Shown one piece after another: positions 1 through 14,100 of a stretch of DNA of 64,000 nt. The stretch is from Antedon mediterranea (Eukaryota > Animalia > Echinodermata): NCBI RefSeq assembly GCF_964355755.1, contig NC_092671.1, positions 38,698,304 to 38,762,303 on the forward strand. Direction: 5' to 3'. The translations under genes and the position numbers were made by a program. The notes beneath the pieces are model-generated. The model was given only the letters and a program-made list of their open reading frames with translations. It was not told the DNA's origin and ran no database searches. Position 1 is the first letter of the stretch. Every line of letters begins with the position of its first letter.

Positions 1-198
1 TTGTGCTTTATTTATTTTAATTTCATTTTTATTGTTACATGTTTATGTCTCGTCATATTGTATTTTTGTGGGGCTCCCCTTTGTTGAAAATAAAAAATAA
101 TAAATAAAAACACAGAAAACAAAAAAGTATATTTTGATTATTACTAAAATAACCATAAATGGAATATAATTATTTTGATTCTTTTTTGTGATTTGTAG

Positions 199-3114
199 AT
201 AGTGACATCTCTTGGACCTCTTGAGTACATTCTTAACACACCAAGTCATCACAGAGTACATCATGGTAAGTTAAGTCAAGTTTAAATGTTTATTCTTAAA
301 CATATTGCTGATACAACAGCATATTTTAATCTATAAATTCTTCATCTTGTGTTTTTTTCCTTTCCCCTCTGGTTATACACGTTAATAGTGTTGTCTCTTG
401 AATAGAGCATATTTTGTTCTCAATCATTTCACAGAAAAGTTTTCCCTTAATAAAGTGGAGTTGTGGCTTGGTGGTTATGATAGTTGGCTACCAATCCAAG
501 GGTCCTGGGTTCAAGTCCTGTCAAATGTCAGGATTTTTTCTAATGACAAATCACAACTCCACTCTCAAAGACTTGTAATAAGACTTTGTTTATGTAGTAT
601 ATGTTTGTCTTGTCAACAGGATTGCCACCTTTAAGAAGGATAGTGAATGAATTCGCTTATGGTATCCTTAATATAAATTTTAAAAAGGGATGATCCAAGG
701 ATGGGTTCTATTTCTTTTACCTAATGAATAAATGCACTTAATAATTTGTAATAGAGTTTTATAAAAACAAATCTTGTAGGTCGTAATCCTTATTGCATTG
801 ACAAGAACTATGCTGGTACATTCATTATCTGGGACAGAATGTTTGGTAAGTATACAAGGTTATTACTCTTTTTACAATTATTAAAAACTGCTCATAAACA
901 CATTCTCATCCCAACAACTTATTTCACAATGTTCATTCTACTTGATTGATGTCTGGTTAAAAAACTACTATAAATAGTGGAACTGTAGCTTGGTGGTTAA
1001 TGTGCTTGCCTTCCAATCCCAAGGTCCAGGGTTCAATCCTAGTGCCAGGGTTGTAACTCACAACTCTTTCAACTCCTAAGCCTCAAATTAGATTTTATAA
1101 GCAGGATAAATTATAAATAGTTTCTCCAGCCTGTAATTGGCGAGTTACTCGCTGTTGGATGCGTACAAAATAATTTTTATAAAAAGAAATTCACCTTAAC
1201 AATTATTTCTGGTCAAAAATAGAATTTGGTGATACAAATTCGTAAAAATGTAAGAAAAAAGATTTTTTTTTTTTTCTTTTTGATTAGGAACATTCCAGGC
1301 TGAAGAGGAGAAGGTGGTTTATGGACTAACACATCCAATAAATTCTTGGAACCCTGTTTGGATTCAGGTAAAAATATTATTGAAAGCCACCAAAATGATT
1401 GACTTTTTAAAAGAAAAAGGACCTGGAAATAAGCTTTTTAAAAGCTATATATTTCCAACCGTGACCAATGTACTAATCTCCAATTTTTACCCTTGTATTC
1501 AAGTGCTCTCTTCTCGGACCTCTTTTCAATCATGTAAACGATTTGTATTTGCATCCAACAGACAACTGATGTTCTTAACATTGGAATACATTATATAACT
1601 TTTAATGGTTTTAATACTCATAGGTTTGTCATTTACACCACATTATGAAGACTGTTTGGACTACTTCTGGATTTAAAAACAAGTTATCTGTAATCTTTAA
1701 TGGACCTGGTTGGATGCCTGGCACTCCTCGACTGGGCAACCCAGAAGATATTCCAAAGGTAGGAGAACCAGGCTCACATTCATTCATTTTTGTGAAGGAT
1801 TAAAGAAGAAGACAAATAATTTATTTGTAAAGATTTTATTAAATAGATTTTTCAAAACAATTCTTCCTTTTTCAATCGATCAATCAATGTAACATTTATT
1901 TCTCTAATTTCATAGTAGATAAAATTAACAGTAAATATGATTAAAATAAGAGGGGCAACATTCCAAAAAAGCGAAGCTTGTATAAGGCAGCCCATTTCCA
2001 CTTTGTACTGTGCTTTGTGCGCATGGCAGGTAGCATATGCTTTTATTACTGTATGTTTTATTCAGGTGAGTGCGCCAGTGGATGTGTACAACCCATCAAT
2101 GTCGATTCCTACTCAGTTGTACGTGCTGTTACACTACTTGGTCAATCATGTTTTGTTCCAACTATTCATGGACAACCATCAGGTAACTAAAATAAACAAT
2201 TTGACTATAAATGGTGAAAGCTTACAAGATGGTTGTTAATACCACAAATAGTTTTAATGTACTTTGTGGTATAAGCATGTCAGAGTGATTTATTTGGTTT
2301 TTTTTTGGTGTAAACATGATCATAGATAAAATCACAACATGAAAGTAGGGCAAGGGATAGCTCCATGGGCAAGGTAAACAAATAAGTTATCAAAGAGCTG
2401 GGTTAGAAACTACATAATGGGGTACCTCAATTTCCAGGCACCTGACTCTAAATTTAGCTTAACAAATAAAAAAACATTTTGTTTTAATGCTATTTGTACA
2501 TTTGTAGAAAATAAAATTAAAAAGATTTTCTCTATTATTTAGCAAATGGATTACCTAACCAGCCTTGTCTGCATTATTTACATCATCTATGCATTTACTT
2601 GCATTGGTAGCATTTGTGACAACAAGTAAGTGAAAGTATTACCGTCAAAAAGAAAAATTTATTATTTAATAATGAAGAATTAGGTCACAGGTCACGATAA
2701 TATAAAAGTCAAATTCTTACTGTCTTATTTCTTAAGTCTAAGGTTAGGTTAAAAACATAATGTTATTATTATTATTAAAATCCATAAATGAAAGTACCAT
2801 CTTAAAGACATATGGTCCCCCTAAAAAATTAATTTTTGTAAATTTTGTTGTTGAATATGCCATTTTAATGTCACATAAGAGTTATTCACTTTGACCTGAA
2901 TAAATGACTGTTTTTTTGCAGATGGTTTGTTCCATTGATAGAGATTCCAAGATGTCTTCTGTTGCTGTGGCTAGATATGGTCTTCCTTACGGAGGGTAGT
3001 GATCATGAATTGGCATCCATCTCCCCTTCCATACGGAATGGGGTTCATGCTGGCTCCATTGTTTACTGGCTTCTGTCAATGACGTTCAGCAAGAAGAAAC
3101 TAAAAGAGGCTTAA
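199..3114 (+). CDS. AGMO: Alkylglycerol monooxygenase (TMEM195), 3' part; 5' exons lie outside the window
   Basis: GT-AG exons in continuous frame: 199-265, 780-845, 1288-1367, 1624-1758, 2066-2182, 2543-2625, 2922-3114 (TAA). Translation IVTSLGPLEYILNTPSHHRVHHGRNPYCIDKNYAGTFIIWDRMFGTFQAEEEKVVYGLTHPINSWNP...GPGWMPGTPRLG matches the AGMO His-box (fatty acid hydroxylase family) region. Confidence 0.95.
455..600 (+). mobile_element. tRNA-derived SINE (degenerate copy)
   Basis: A box tggcttggtgg and B box gggttcaagtcc, followed by a body related to the 977 copy. Confidence 0.6.
977..1101 (+). mobile_element. tRNA(Gly-like)-derived SINE
   Basis: tagcttggtgg ... gccttccaa ... gggttcaatcc head plus non-tRNA body ctaagcctcaaattagat; near-identical inverted copy at 18979-19110. 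Confidence 0.75.
1872..1995 (-). mobile_element. Retroposon 3' tail with (GATT)n end; second copy at 11082-11215
   Basis: Both copies share gtaacatttatttctc...aaataagaggggcaacattcc..aagcttgtataaggcagcccat, preceded by caat repeats. Confidence 0.6.
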
Positions 3115-4139
3115 GATGATAGTCTGTTTTTAAAAACGTATTTTAATCAGAATGTTATAAATGCAGGCGTTTCCGTGATTTCATTTTATAATAAAGCACA
3201 TATAATGCAAATTTGTTAATGTATAAAAAAAAGAAAATGATGTAATAAATCATTTTTTAATAAATTTGTCCATGAAATAATTAATCAAATGATGATTAGC
3301 ACATTTTATTTCTTTAGTTTGAATGTCTGACAACATAATGTAATGTTTTAATGCATTAATGTATACTATATTGATGAATAAAAATTGAAATAAACAGAAG
3401 ATATTTAATTAAATGTTTATGTTTTCAAATTTAGCTATAATCATTTAACCCTATGTTATAAATATATGTGTTTTTATCAAGCTAAACTCATTCCCTCCCC
3501 ACACACTGCCAAGACAGACACGTATGCCTCTATACTTTTAATCTGGGTAGAGCTACCCTTTTGTCCACAAGTTATAAAAGGTAAATAAACCATTATACCT
3601 TTTGTTAAAAACTTTTATGCGGTACAAATGTGTCTTAATAATTAGGGCAAAAAAGTATTGCCTAATTAATATTAGAAAAAATGAAAGTATTCTTGTTTTG
3701 TCTCTTTTTACTTTATTCAATTAAAAATGCCAGTATTTGCTGCATTTTATAGTTACACTGCAAACATAATGAATATGCATGGAATAGGCTTTGTGTTTTA
3801 TTGTCATTGATAATTAATTGGTATTTAATTCTCCGGTTTATGACAATTTAATTAATTCCGTTAAGAAGGCAAGAAGCTAATGCCTTGATTCCACAAAGTT
3901 TGATTGTTTAAACATTGGTGGCGTACTTCATGTCTGGGTCGACAGACAGTCTATTACAGGAACCGTATTACAACGTGGATGAATTTTGTATACAAATAAA
4001 TTGATATAAATATAACACGATTATAAATATTACAGAATTAATAGTTATAATATATTTCATAAATTATTTACTTTGCTATTTGGTATTTTAGTGTGGTGAT
4101 AAAATCGATATTTATTGTGAATATGTGTTAATAATTAAA

Positions 4140-5128
4140 AGAGATCCGCGCAAGCAAACGGTAGTGTGTGGCTGTCTGGCACCTTTAATTTCAGTATGCT
4201 CGTCTGGCCTAGCTCAACTATTGAGTACGTACTCAGTGAGTTTTGTTAATGGTATATTTTGATTTTTATTCGAATAGTGGCTGGCAAATTAATGTACGGG
4301 ATACATTGAATATAATAGGTTTATATAATGAGGTGAGTTGTAATAGCATCTATGATATAAACAAATAATTATGAAGGTATTCTGTATTGTATTTTTGTGT
4401 GGTGCCTCCACCACTGAGTCTGAGGCCTAGATATGTTTTTGTTAGAAGATCTAAGACTGAATAGAGCGAGTGACTTAGGTTTGCTGCTGTGAGCCTAGCA
4501 AATTGGTCACTTACGGGCCGAGGGCTAACGTAAATAGTATTAATATTAGAACATGTCATATTGATGGGATTCAATTAATTTGATTTAGTTTAAGTATGAG
4601 CTTATCTGACAATACAAATGTTTGTAAATCCATTTTTTCGGCAAAAAAATACAAACACTTCACTGACAGGAGGATGGGTATGAGGGCGTTTTTTAAAAAT
4701 AATTTTTTTTCAAAGTACTTTATTTTAACATGGTCATTGCCATTTTATGCTACCATTTTGAATTTAACTAATTGTTCATGGGATGCATGCTTGCGATGAT
4801 CAAATGTTGAAATTGTATCATAATTTTATAGTTTTTTGTTCGAAAATGATTACATTTTAAGTGTGCATGACAGTGATAATTAGAAAGATGTCTGGAACCA
4901 GTGAATAAAGATGAGTCTATTTCGTGCCTGCTTACGGTACCTGGATAAACTGCCCTTTCCTCACGAATTGAATATATTTAACTTGTTGGCTGTTTACTAA
5001 TAATTATATAATGTCATTTTGTACTTTGTACCATTCTTCACTATCTCTAATTATGCCAATTGTTATTACTTTTAGAAATCTGAGAAAGAAGCGATAACTT
5101 GAAAGACAATCAGTGGGATTTATACAAC
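4140..5128 (+). other. Putative BMPR2 promoter, non-coding first exon and 5'UTR intron
   Basis: Relatively GC-rich stretch ending in the strong donor AG|GTGAGT (4332/4333); acceptor ttattacttttag|A at 5075/5076, 53 nt upstream of the ATG. The start is approximate. Confidence 0.4.
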
Positions 5129-8100
5129 ATGGCAGGTCAAATAAAATTGCATCTTCTGATGTGGATTCTATTGCCAATTATTATGGGTAAAGACCACCTT
5201 AAAAACATACTAAATGCACATACTCAGAATGTACAAAAAAACACGCCAATATATCAGTGTCTATCAATGTGTGAAGAGGAAAAGATTCTTTCAATATTTC
5301 ATTTGTAACCAGAAAGGAAAGCTTTTTTCAAAATGATACAAAATTTGATTTATAGAGTAAAAATTCTGTAAAATTAACTACAAAGAAATAATAAATCCAC
5401 ACACAGTCCTTATCATAATTCCTTCTTGTAAAACTACAATAGGATAAACTTTATAAACAAACTTTATACTGTAAAGAGTTTTCCTGATTTTTTTCTCATT
5501 GTTATCAATGTTTTATTGTTTTTGTTGAATTTCTATAATAAATAATATCGAAACTTAGTATATAGTTACGTAATAAAATCTAAATTTCTAAAATAAATAT
5601 TATTTCATCAACAAACTTCATAGTTTAGAAAGTTATCTTTTTTTATTGATGTTGTCTGATTGTTACCAGATATTTTTATGAGAATTTCTATAATAAATGG
5701 AAACTTACAACATAAAATTAAATTCTAGATTTCTAAAATAAACAATATTTCATTAACAGCAAATATAGAAACATCAGCAGCAGAGAAATATTGCACATTT
5801 TACAAGAATCACGCCGATTATATTGAGATAGACGATATGGATACTGGGCTGATACAAGCTGACAATAAGACAGTGATATGCACCAATGAAGAGGAGACTT
5901 GCGCTGCGGTGTGGCATAATGAAACTATAGATGGCGTTGTGCAAATTGAAATGATGTTTCAAGGTAATAAGAACATGCTACTTTTTTCTTAAAAGATATA
6001 TTGTCCACAAAAAAATGTTTTTTTTTCAATTTTTTTTGTAGAATATGCCATTTTAATGTCATGTAATAAATATATTAAAACTGCAAAATGACCTATTTAA
6101 AGTTTGATTTTATTAATCTTAATTTTCAAGTTTTTGGTGGACAATGCATCTTTAAAACATTTTAATAAAATAATTAAATGTCCAATTTAATGTCGTGCAG
6201 AATGCCTCTAAGTGCTGAACAATCAACAGCCAAAAAAAGAAAATATTAATGTTACCATTTAGTCAGGTTTTCTGCGTCCACTCATGAAACATGATTTCTA
6301 TGGTATATGCACTCATAACTGTGGTTATACTATAGTGAAAAAAAATGCTACTCATAATCAATTTATTAAACATAATGTCCTAAATGTTTAATTGAACTTT
6401 GCTCTCCAACTTAACCTTTATTTTAAGAATATTATTTAACATTTAAAAAAGAAAATGGTAATTTATTCATCCAGTTATTTCCTCACAGTACAAACAAGAA
6501 ATTGACCGATGACCCCACCCACTTTCAAAGAAGATAGTCAATCAACACAACCTATCAATCAGTAATATTAGTTTAATAGAAAGTTCATTGAAACTAGAAC
6601 TAAAACATGGAGAGATTGACTAGTTTCAAAATTAACGTACAACATAATGTAAAGCATCATGATATGATGTTTTAATTAGTTTTATTTTGTTTTTATTTTT
6701 AGCAGATCGTTAGTAAATTCACTAGCCATGCTAAAGCGCCATCATTTTTATTGTTTTTTTATTAATCTATTAATTTCGGCAAACACATAAATGTCATTTG
6801 TACAAACATGCATACAAGAAAGAATTACACCAAGGAGTGGCAAATGAAGCCAACAGCTTATGTTGCCAATTAGGCGTGCCACTAAAAAAAAACGGACTTC
6901 GGCAGGGGATAACCAGGCTTTAGCTCCCTCTCACCCCTAAAATTTAACAGCCATGTCGTTTTAAAATAAAATAATTACTATTTTTAGTTTTCTGCAACCC
7001 AACGGATCGTTTTTATAATTTATGAAATATTTATAATGCTGGATCTGCCCCTGAAAACAAAAAAATGAAAATAGATTCACATTTTTATATATACAGTCAA
7101 CTCTCCCAATACCGGACTCTCCCAAAACCGGAATTCACGAAAAACCGGACTTTTTTGGAGGGCCCAATTTGTCCCTATTCTAAATGTACTGTAATTTATT
7201 ATGAACACCGGAATACCCAATTCCGGAATCCGGACAATTTATGAAGTACAAAACACGAAAATTAGCGTCTGAAAACCGGACTGACGGTTAAAAAACTCCA
7301 AATATTTACGAAAACAACGCAACATCGTCGTCGCTGACTCGGATTCACTACATTCACAATGTACAAAAGCTTTTTAACCATACCCTCACCATGCATGAAG
7401 TGCGCGACGTTTCGCGGTACGATCAAATAATGTTGCCATGGAGCACTACACTGTGATTGACAGGTCAGTTCATTGTTAACCCACCACGAGGCGGCAATTG
7501 CTTTGTTGCGTATCGAACTGCGGTGGGTTTTCACATCGAAGCGCTATGTCTCTATTGTATTTAGCAGGGAGTTGTTAACAACTCCCTGTTTTTTAGCATA
7601 TGAATTGTTTTTTAATAAAGTTAAATTTACATTCCTGTGTCTTTGTTTTGTTTAAATTATTGTTAAATTCACAATTGCAATAGGACTTTAAATGTTTCAC
7701 TAAAAACGGGACTAAAAATGTGCATCATTATAAATTTGGAAATCATTATGGCAAAACGTAAACGGAATGAACTTGACTTAACTAGTGTTAATAAACTTTG
7801 AAATGTTACCAATTAATTATTGTGTCATTATTGCTTGGCTCGTTTACCTAATCAATTTTCATCATTGCTATCAAATTACGTCAAAATAAAGGAGCTTAAA
7901 AAACATGTGGTCTAGGTGTGGGCGTTTTTATTTTATTATGACACCTCTGCACATGCGCATCAATCAAAGCCCTTCACCCATGCTGCTGCTGCTAGCTAGC
8001 TCACGAAAAACAATAAACAGACCGAAATTATGTTCACCGTACGTACGTACGTAGGCCTTTTTGCCGTTAAAAACACATTGAGAAACAATAATTTACTATT

Positions 8101-11100
8101 GTAACATGTTTTATTGGTACAGTAAATAATGTAACTTTTAAAAAAGGTAAATTGAATTACTGTAGCTTAATATTAATAAAGTAGGCCTAGGCCTATCAGT
8201 ATTTATTTAATTAAAACTAGATTGACACAATCATAGCCTAGCCTAGGCCTTCCCTACGCTAGGAGACCGTACCGGGCAGCATTCGGTGACAACGTGATGA
8301 CTTTAAAAATATGTTTTCAGGAAACCGGACTTTCGAAAAACCGGAAAATATATGCCCGCCCAAGGGTGTCCGGTATTGGGAGAGTTGACTGTACAACAAT
8401 TACTGTAAGTCACTTTCATAGAGAAAGTATTTTGTTTGTTTCCACAGTCATTATACTGTTTAATACATGTATGTAACATGTACAAGCAGGCTACTTGAAG
8501 TCTTTTTATTCAATATTCCATTGTTGAATGCTAAGTGTTATAGGCTGACTATAAACCTTAAGTTAGTATTTTTATGTAAATTGTGAAAGCCCTATAGTAC
8601 TGTACATATTAAACATGACCCCTATAGTACTGCTGATCAGAGTTTATTGGAACCACATTGTATGAGGCACCAGCTGCTGGGAATTGAATTGAATGATGAT
8701 GTCTACAAAGAGAATTTATGATAATCATTATTGTGTAAACATGATGCGAATATAGCTATATAAATGTTATTGACATAAAATTATATAAATGTAAATTCAT
8801 ACTATCATTCTTATGTTTAGTATTTATTTATTTATTAATTTTATTTATTTTAAACAAATATAGAAATTAAAATAAACACCTGGATAAAAACATCAAACAA
8901 AAAGTTTTTCCAACACCAAATAAATAACGATCCAAAGGATTCAAATTTTTGTTGGTTTAATAAAGTCAACCCTCTTATAAATTTAAAAACAATATAATCA
9001 AAAAACTCAAAAAAAGGAAACATCAATTGTAAGGTTAATAATAACGAACGTAATTGAAGTTCAAGTTAAAATTTATTGTCAAATACAAAGTAAATGAAAT
9101 TTGCCTTCCAAAGTTCAAATTGCAATTAAAATAACAGTTAAAAACATACAATATACAATGGATAAGATAATATATAAGAAAATATGCTATGTATAAAGCA
9201 TTATGAACAGTATAAATATAAAAATACTATATAAAGAATAAAATAATATCTATCTAAGATGAATAGCGTAATAGATAATAATATTAATAGCAAAACAATT
9301 GCAGTTATCTCTGAGTCTGATTGAATATTATTAGATATTGCTTTTATAATATATCAGTTGTTTAAAAACTTCTGTATTTTTGAACGATATGATATTATTT
9401 GTCATTTGAACAACAAGGTGCAAATAAAATTTGGTTTACATTTTGATATACATAAGTGCAATGCAGAACATTAGCTAAACCACAATTATGTAATCACTGA
9501 TAGACCATAATTCAACTGTGATAGATAACATGTGCAGTAAACATATCCACAGTTTATAGACAATTTATACTCTACATTAGCATGCAAAAACCATTGCATT
9601 TCGTAGAAGATGATGGCTTATACCAAGCTGCAACCCTGGGTTTTATACCTTTTATGTGCCCCTTATGATTTATCTGTTTTGGAGCTGACCCTATTCTGAC
9701 CTCATGTTTCTGCCAAGAATTCTAACCTTTTTTCATGGATACTAACATACAGTCATACATTAAGTCTGTCTATACTATATTGTGATGTCCCCATATATGG
9801 TAGTGATATGCCCAAATATGGTAGTGATGCAGTATAACAGCATCATGTCCATATGGGCACATAATATTTGTTTGTCACATAAAGTTTGATAGTGTAGACA
9901 AAGCTTTAGGATGGACAGCAATATACAGTACTGTAACAAATACTGTAATGATACAATAACTGAATAATGTTTTTCTTGAATGTTTTATTCATAAATGGGA
10001 AAAACAGACAGATGATGCATGTACAGTAATTTAATATCGTTCAATATCCTGGATGTTTGTGTTAACTACATTTCACTTGACAGATTTCATAATTATAGTA
10101 CAGTACATATTTTGTACAGTACATCGTCGTTGTATCAACAACATTTACTTAGAAACAGTTAATGAAATAAAAACTGCATACATTAATTACAATAACTTAA
10201 AATGGTAACATAAAATAAGAACTGTACACATTACTAATATTATATCTAGTTCCTCATATAGTACTGTGCCAGAGGAGCTGTCATATCAGAATTATGAATA
10301 AATAACTCAAAATAAGAAAAATAAATGTTGTTTGTATAACCCTAACTCATTCTACCATGACCCACAGATATCCCTTATTAAATGGGCCTATATTCCTGTT
10401 TGGAAACATTATCTTTAACTGCTTAATTTAAGTACTAACTTGGTTTTTGCTATCATTTGTGATAAACTAGAAAAAATTTGAAGTAGCGCCAGGCATGACA
10501 CAAATTAAGGTCAAATGATTCCAAGTCTTAACATGATCTGAAACGAATCGATATTTTGTATAAATTTCTATTTCTCAATAAATCTCAATATGCTATAAAA
10601 AATTTCAATTCCCAAAGAATATACAAATTACAGTATGATTGAAAATCTTCCTTTTCCATTACTGTATCTAATGATGAGAATACATCAATGGAATTCATTT
10701 TTTCCGCTTAATTATTTCAACTTTGAACTTTGAACGTGGAAATAGAAACCTCGGTTCTTGCAGGGTTCTGTATCTGTATTTGGGAGGGGGAGGGGATGTT
10801 GTTTCTATTGTTTTTTGACACTGCATACTTTTTACATTATGATCTTGACCAATGCAACTACAGTATCACAAACAATACAATGTTGTGAGTGCAAGAACTG
10901 CAGTATCACAAACAATACAATGTTGTGAGTGCAAGAACTGCAGTATCACAAACAATACAATGTTGTGAGTGCAAGAACTGCAGTATCACAAACAATACCA
11001 TGTTGTGAGTGCAACTGCAGTATCACAAACAATACCATGTTGTGAGTGCAAGAACTGCAGTATCACAAACAATACAATGTTCAATCAATCAATCAATCAA

Positions 11101-14100
11101 TCAAAGTAACATTTATTTCTCTTGTCTTTCATAGAAAATAAAAATTAACAGTAAAAATTATTAAAATAAGAGGGGCAACATTCCTAAAAGCAAAGCTTGT
11201 ATAAGGCAGCCCATAGAAAATGAAAAAAAAAAACAGGACAACACGGGAACCGGAAACAGGACAAAAACATGTACCGCATGTTGTGAGTATGCGGTACATA
11301 AGAAAACATCTCTTAAATTGAATTGCCTTCTTTTCTAGAAAATCTACTTAATTCATATAACCATTGTTTTCTCAAAAAACAATATTCTATTTTCTTAAAA
11401 TACAATCCTGTATTCTAAAGTATAACACTACAAAAGTTCTAAAAATAATTTACTGTATAAACATATAATCTGTATTCAAAGAAAGTATATTATTAGTAGT
11501 ACTGTAATATATGCACGGCGAAGTCAAATTATGGGATAAGTGAGCTGTCCACAAGCTCATTACGTTTGGCGGGAATAGTATATATTAATGCTTAATCCTG
11601 TATGCATGTCTATACTTCCTAGTGGTTCAGGATCTTGGTGTAATTACAGTACCGAGTCCACCGGGTAAAATCTATCCCATCAGCCTTAATTAATAGCAAA
11701 TTTAACTGCACTGCAGCAGCTTCTAGCGTACAGTATGCTTGTTTCAATTTATTCACATTTTTTCCGGAATAATTATTGTCGCTTTGAATTAATTTCATCG
11801 ATGTTTAGATAATATTATAGAAAACATTAGCAGTTATAGTACAATATACCCGCACACTTTGAACTAATTTGCAGTCATTTTTTGCATTGCAAAAGTGTCT
11901 CTCTGTCTAAATTACTGTACTAGTTTGACGAAAAATTGTTGTGATATGCCCAAATATGGTAGTGGTATGACATCATCATGCCCATATATGGACACATCGC
12001 ATTTAATAGTGTAGAAAAGGTTTATATATACTGTATCTGTGACTAATATAGCTACAGTACTCTGAATGCAAGCGTCTACATTCTTATGCTACTCACTCAA
12101 CACGAAACGAAACGTTCAAATTCCAATTAACACCTAGAACAACTCTATAACCCTCATAACAGTAGACCTTGCTCTATGGTTGTAGTGTCAGTCAGGTTAA
12201 ATTCAGTTGAAGCAGCTACTTAATAAATGTAAATACAGTAAGTTTATTTAGTAAAACAATTAAATCAGTTTGCTGATTAAATTTACTGAATATACGATTA
12301 AATATTAAGTTCAATTGACCCTTTAAAGTTGTTCATGTTGACCATTATACAACGCATTTCACATACAGTGACTGCAGAGGTCCCAACTTGGGAAAGTCCA
12401 TTCGCAGGAGATTTTGTCGTGAACCACATTCAATTTGTCGGGGCGTCGAAAGTCAACGCGCGGGGAATCGAAAATCCACACGCGTGTCGTTTACGTCTCT
12501 TAATTAATTAACTAAATATGTTGCATAATATTCAGTATATACAATATTTACACATAAGTTGGCTTAATTTTTACATAGGTTTATCCATCAGTATTTTTAC
12601 ATTTTATTTTTTTTTATGGACACATCCTCAGTACAAAGAATTTTAAAAATATATACTGTATTTTAACTAAAATTCAGTATATAAAATAATTTAACTTAAT
12701 TACATAATGTACAATAAACACATGATAGTATTGCCCAATAGAATTTACTCTTTTTTTTTTAGGCACAGGCCTAGCCTAGGGCTTCTACTAGGCCCTAGCT
12801 AGCTACCATTTTAAAACCCCAAAAAAAAAAATAATATTAATTATTATAATAAAAAGAAATAACTATTCCGAATCCATCTTATGCTACATTACGCGAGTTA
12901 ACATATTATTTCAGATGAAAAACATTGAGTTTTATATTGTTTTATCCATACTAATTACACTGGCATTAAAGATATAACATTAAAATGTAGGCCGTTTTTG
13001 AGGTATTTCGCCGATTTCTTATCGCTAGGAAATTCCTCACCATCCACATCGATCGAGGTCCGAGGAATAGACCTAGCGTGTATGCCGGAACGGGTGGATT
13101 ATTGCTATATAAATAACAAGTTTGAACAAAAGAGCTTACGACAGGTATTGTTATTAAACCTAGGCCTACTTCCTTGGCGAATCCATGCCTTTTAAATCAT
13201 TTTAACATGTTCGTATTATCGGATCGTACAGTAAAACCAAATAAAACACCGCCTCAACAACCTCGTGCGATGTGCGATCTGTTGTTCTTTTTGCAGCGGA
13301 TCAACATTGGTAGAGTCCATTAATTATGAGGGTGTTTAAAAATGTAATAACTATTAAAAACGTGTCTCAACCACTGTGTAATCAAAGCGTTTATTTAGTT
13401 AAAACTTGGATCCTCCCAAAATTGATAATCGCGTATTCCGGTGACCACGTGATTGATTCACGGTTGGTTGCACGCTTCTTTTTTTTTTCTACGTCCGGCG
13501 TGTAGTACCGTGCTACCGTGCATGTTTATAATATTATTGTTACGGTTTAACAAAGGCACTGTGCATACAAATAAAAATACAATAATAGACCACGGAGACT
13601 GCATGAATAGACATTGTTTCAACATCCTGCCTCACTTTTGTCTGGTTATTTATTGACTATTGTTGACCTGGGCTGAGCCTGGGTGTAACCGTAAATCAAT
13701 TTGGCCAAAAATATGGGGAAATTTGAAAATGCGGTAAAAAAATCAAAATGCGGTAGAAAACGTCGAGATAGCGGTAGCGCGGTAGATGGGTACTAAAAGC
13801 GGTAGACTACCGCGAGTAGCGGTAGACTTGGGACCCCTGCACAGTGTATAATACGATACCTAGATAAGGTCTTCAGTTTTTATTTTCATGTATGTAAATA
13901 ATTATAATCAACATCATTTTGTTATGGATTAACCAAGGCCTTAGCCACCAGTACGGTTGGTAAGGTTTCAACCTGACCACTTTTTCACAGAGGCCTTTGA
14001 CAACCAAGTGGCTTGAACAGAGATTTTTCCCTTTTCCTCTTTCAAAAACCAGACCACTTTATCTCTTGTGACTACATAACTGTAACTGAATGAAGTCTAT

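Noticed and set aside
977-1050. tRNA gene calls for the A/B-box sequences (also 455, 19040, 26303, 48194)
   Set aside because: No complete cloverleaf or acceptor stem, and each runs into a non-tRNA body, so these are SINE heads.
6872-7053. Fragments with ggatctgcccctg-type ends (also about 15660, 19165, 22335-22468, 30391, 38480-38540)
   Set aside because: Probably eroded transposon ends, but boundaries and family cannot be defined from this window.
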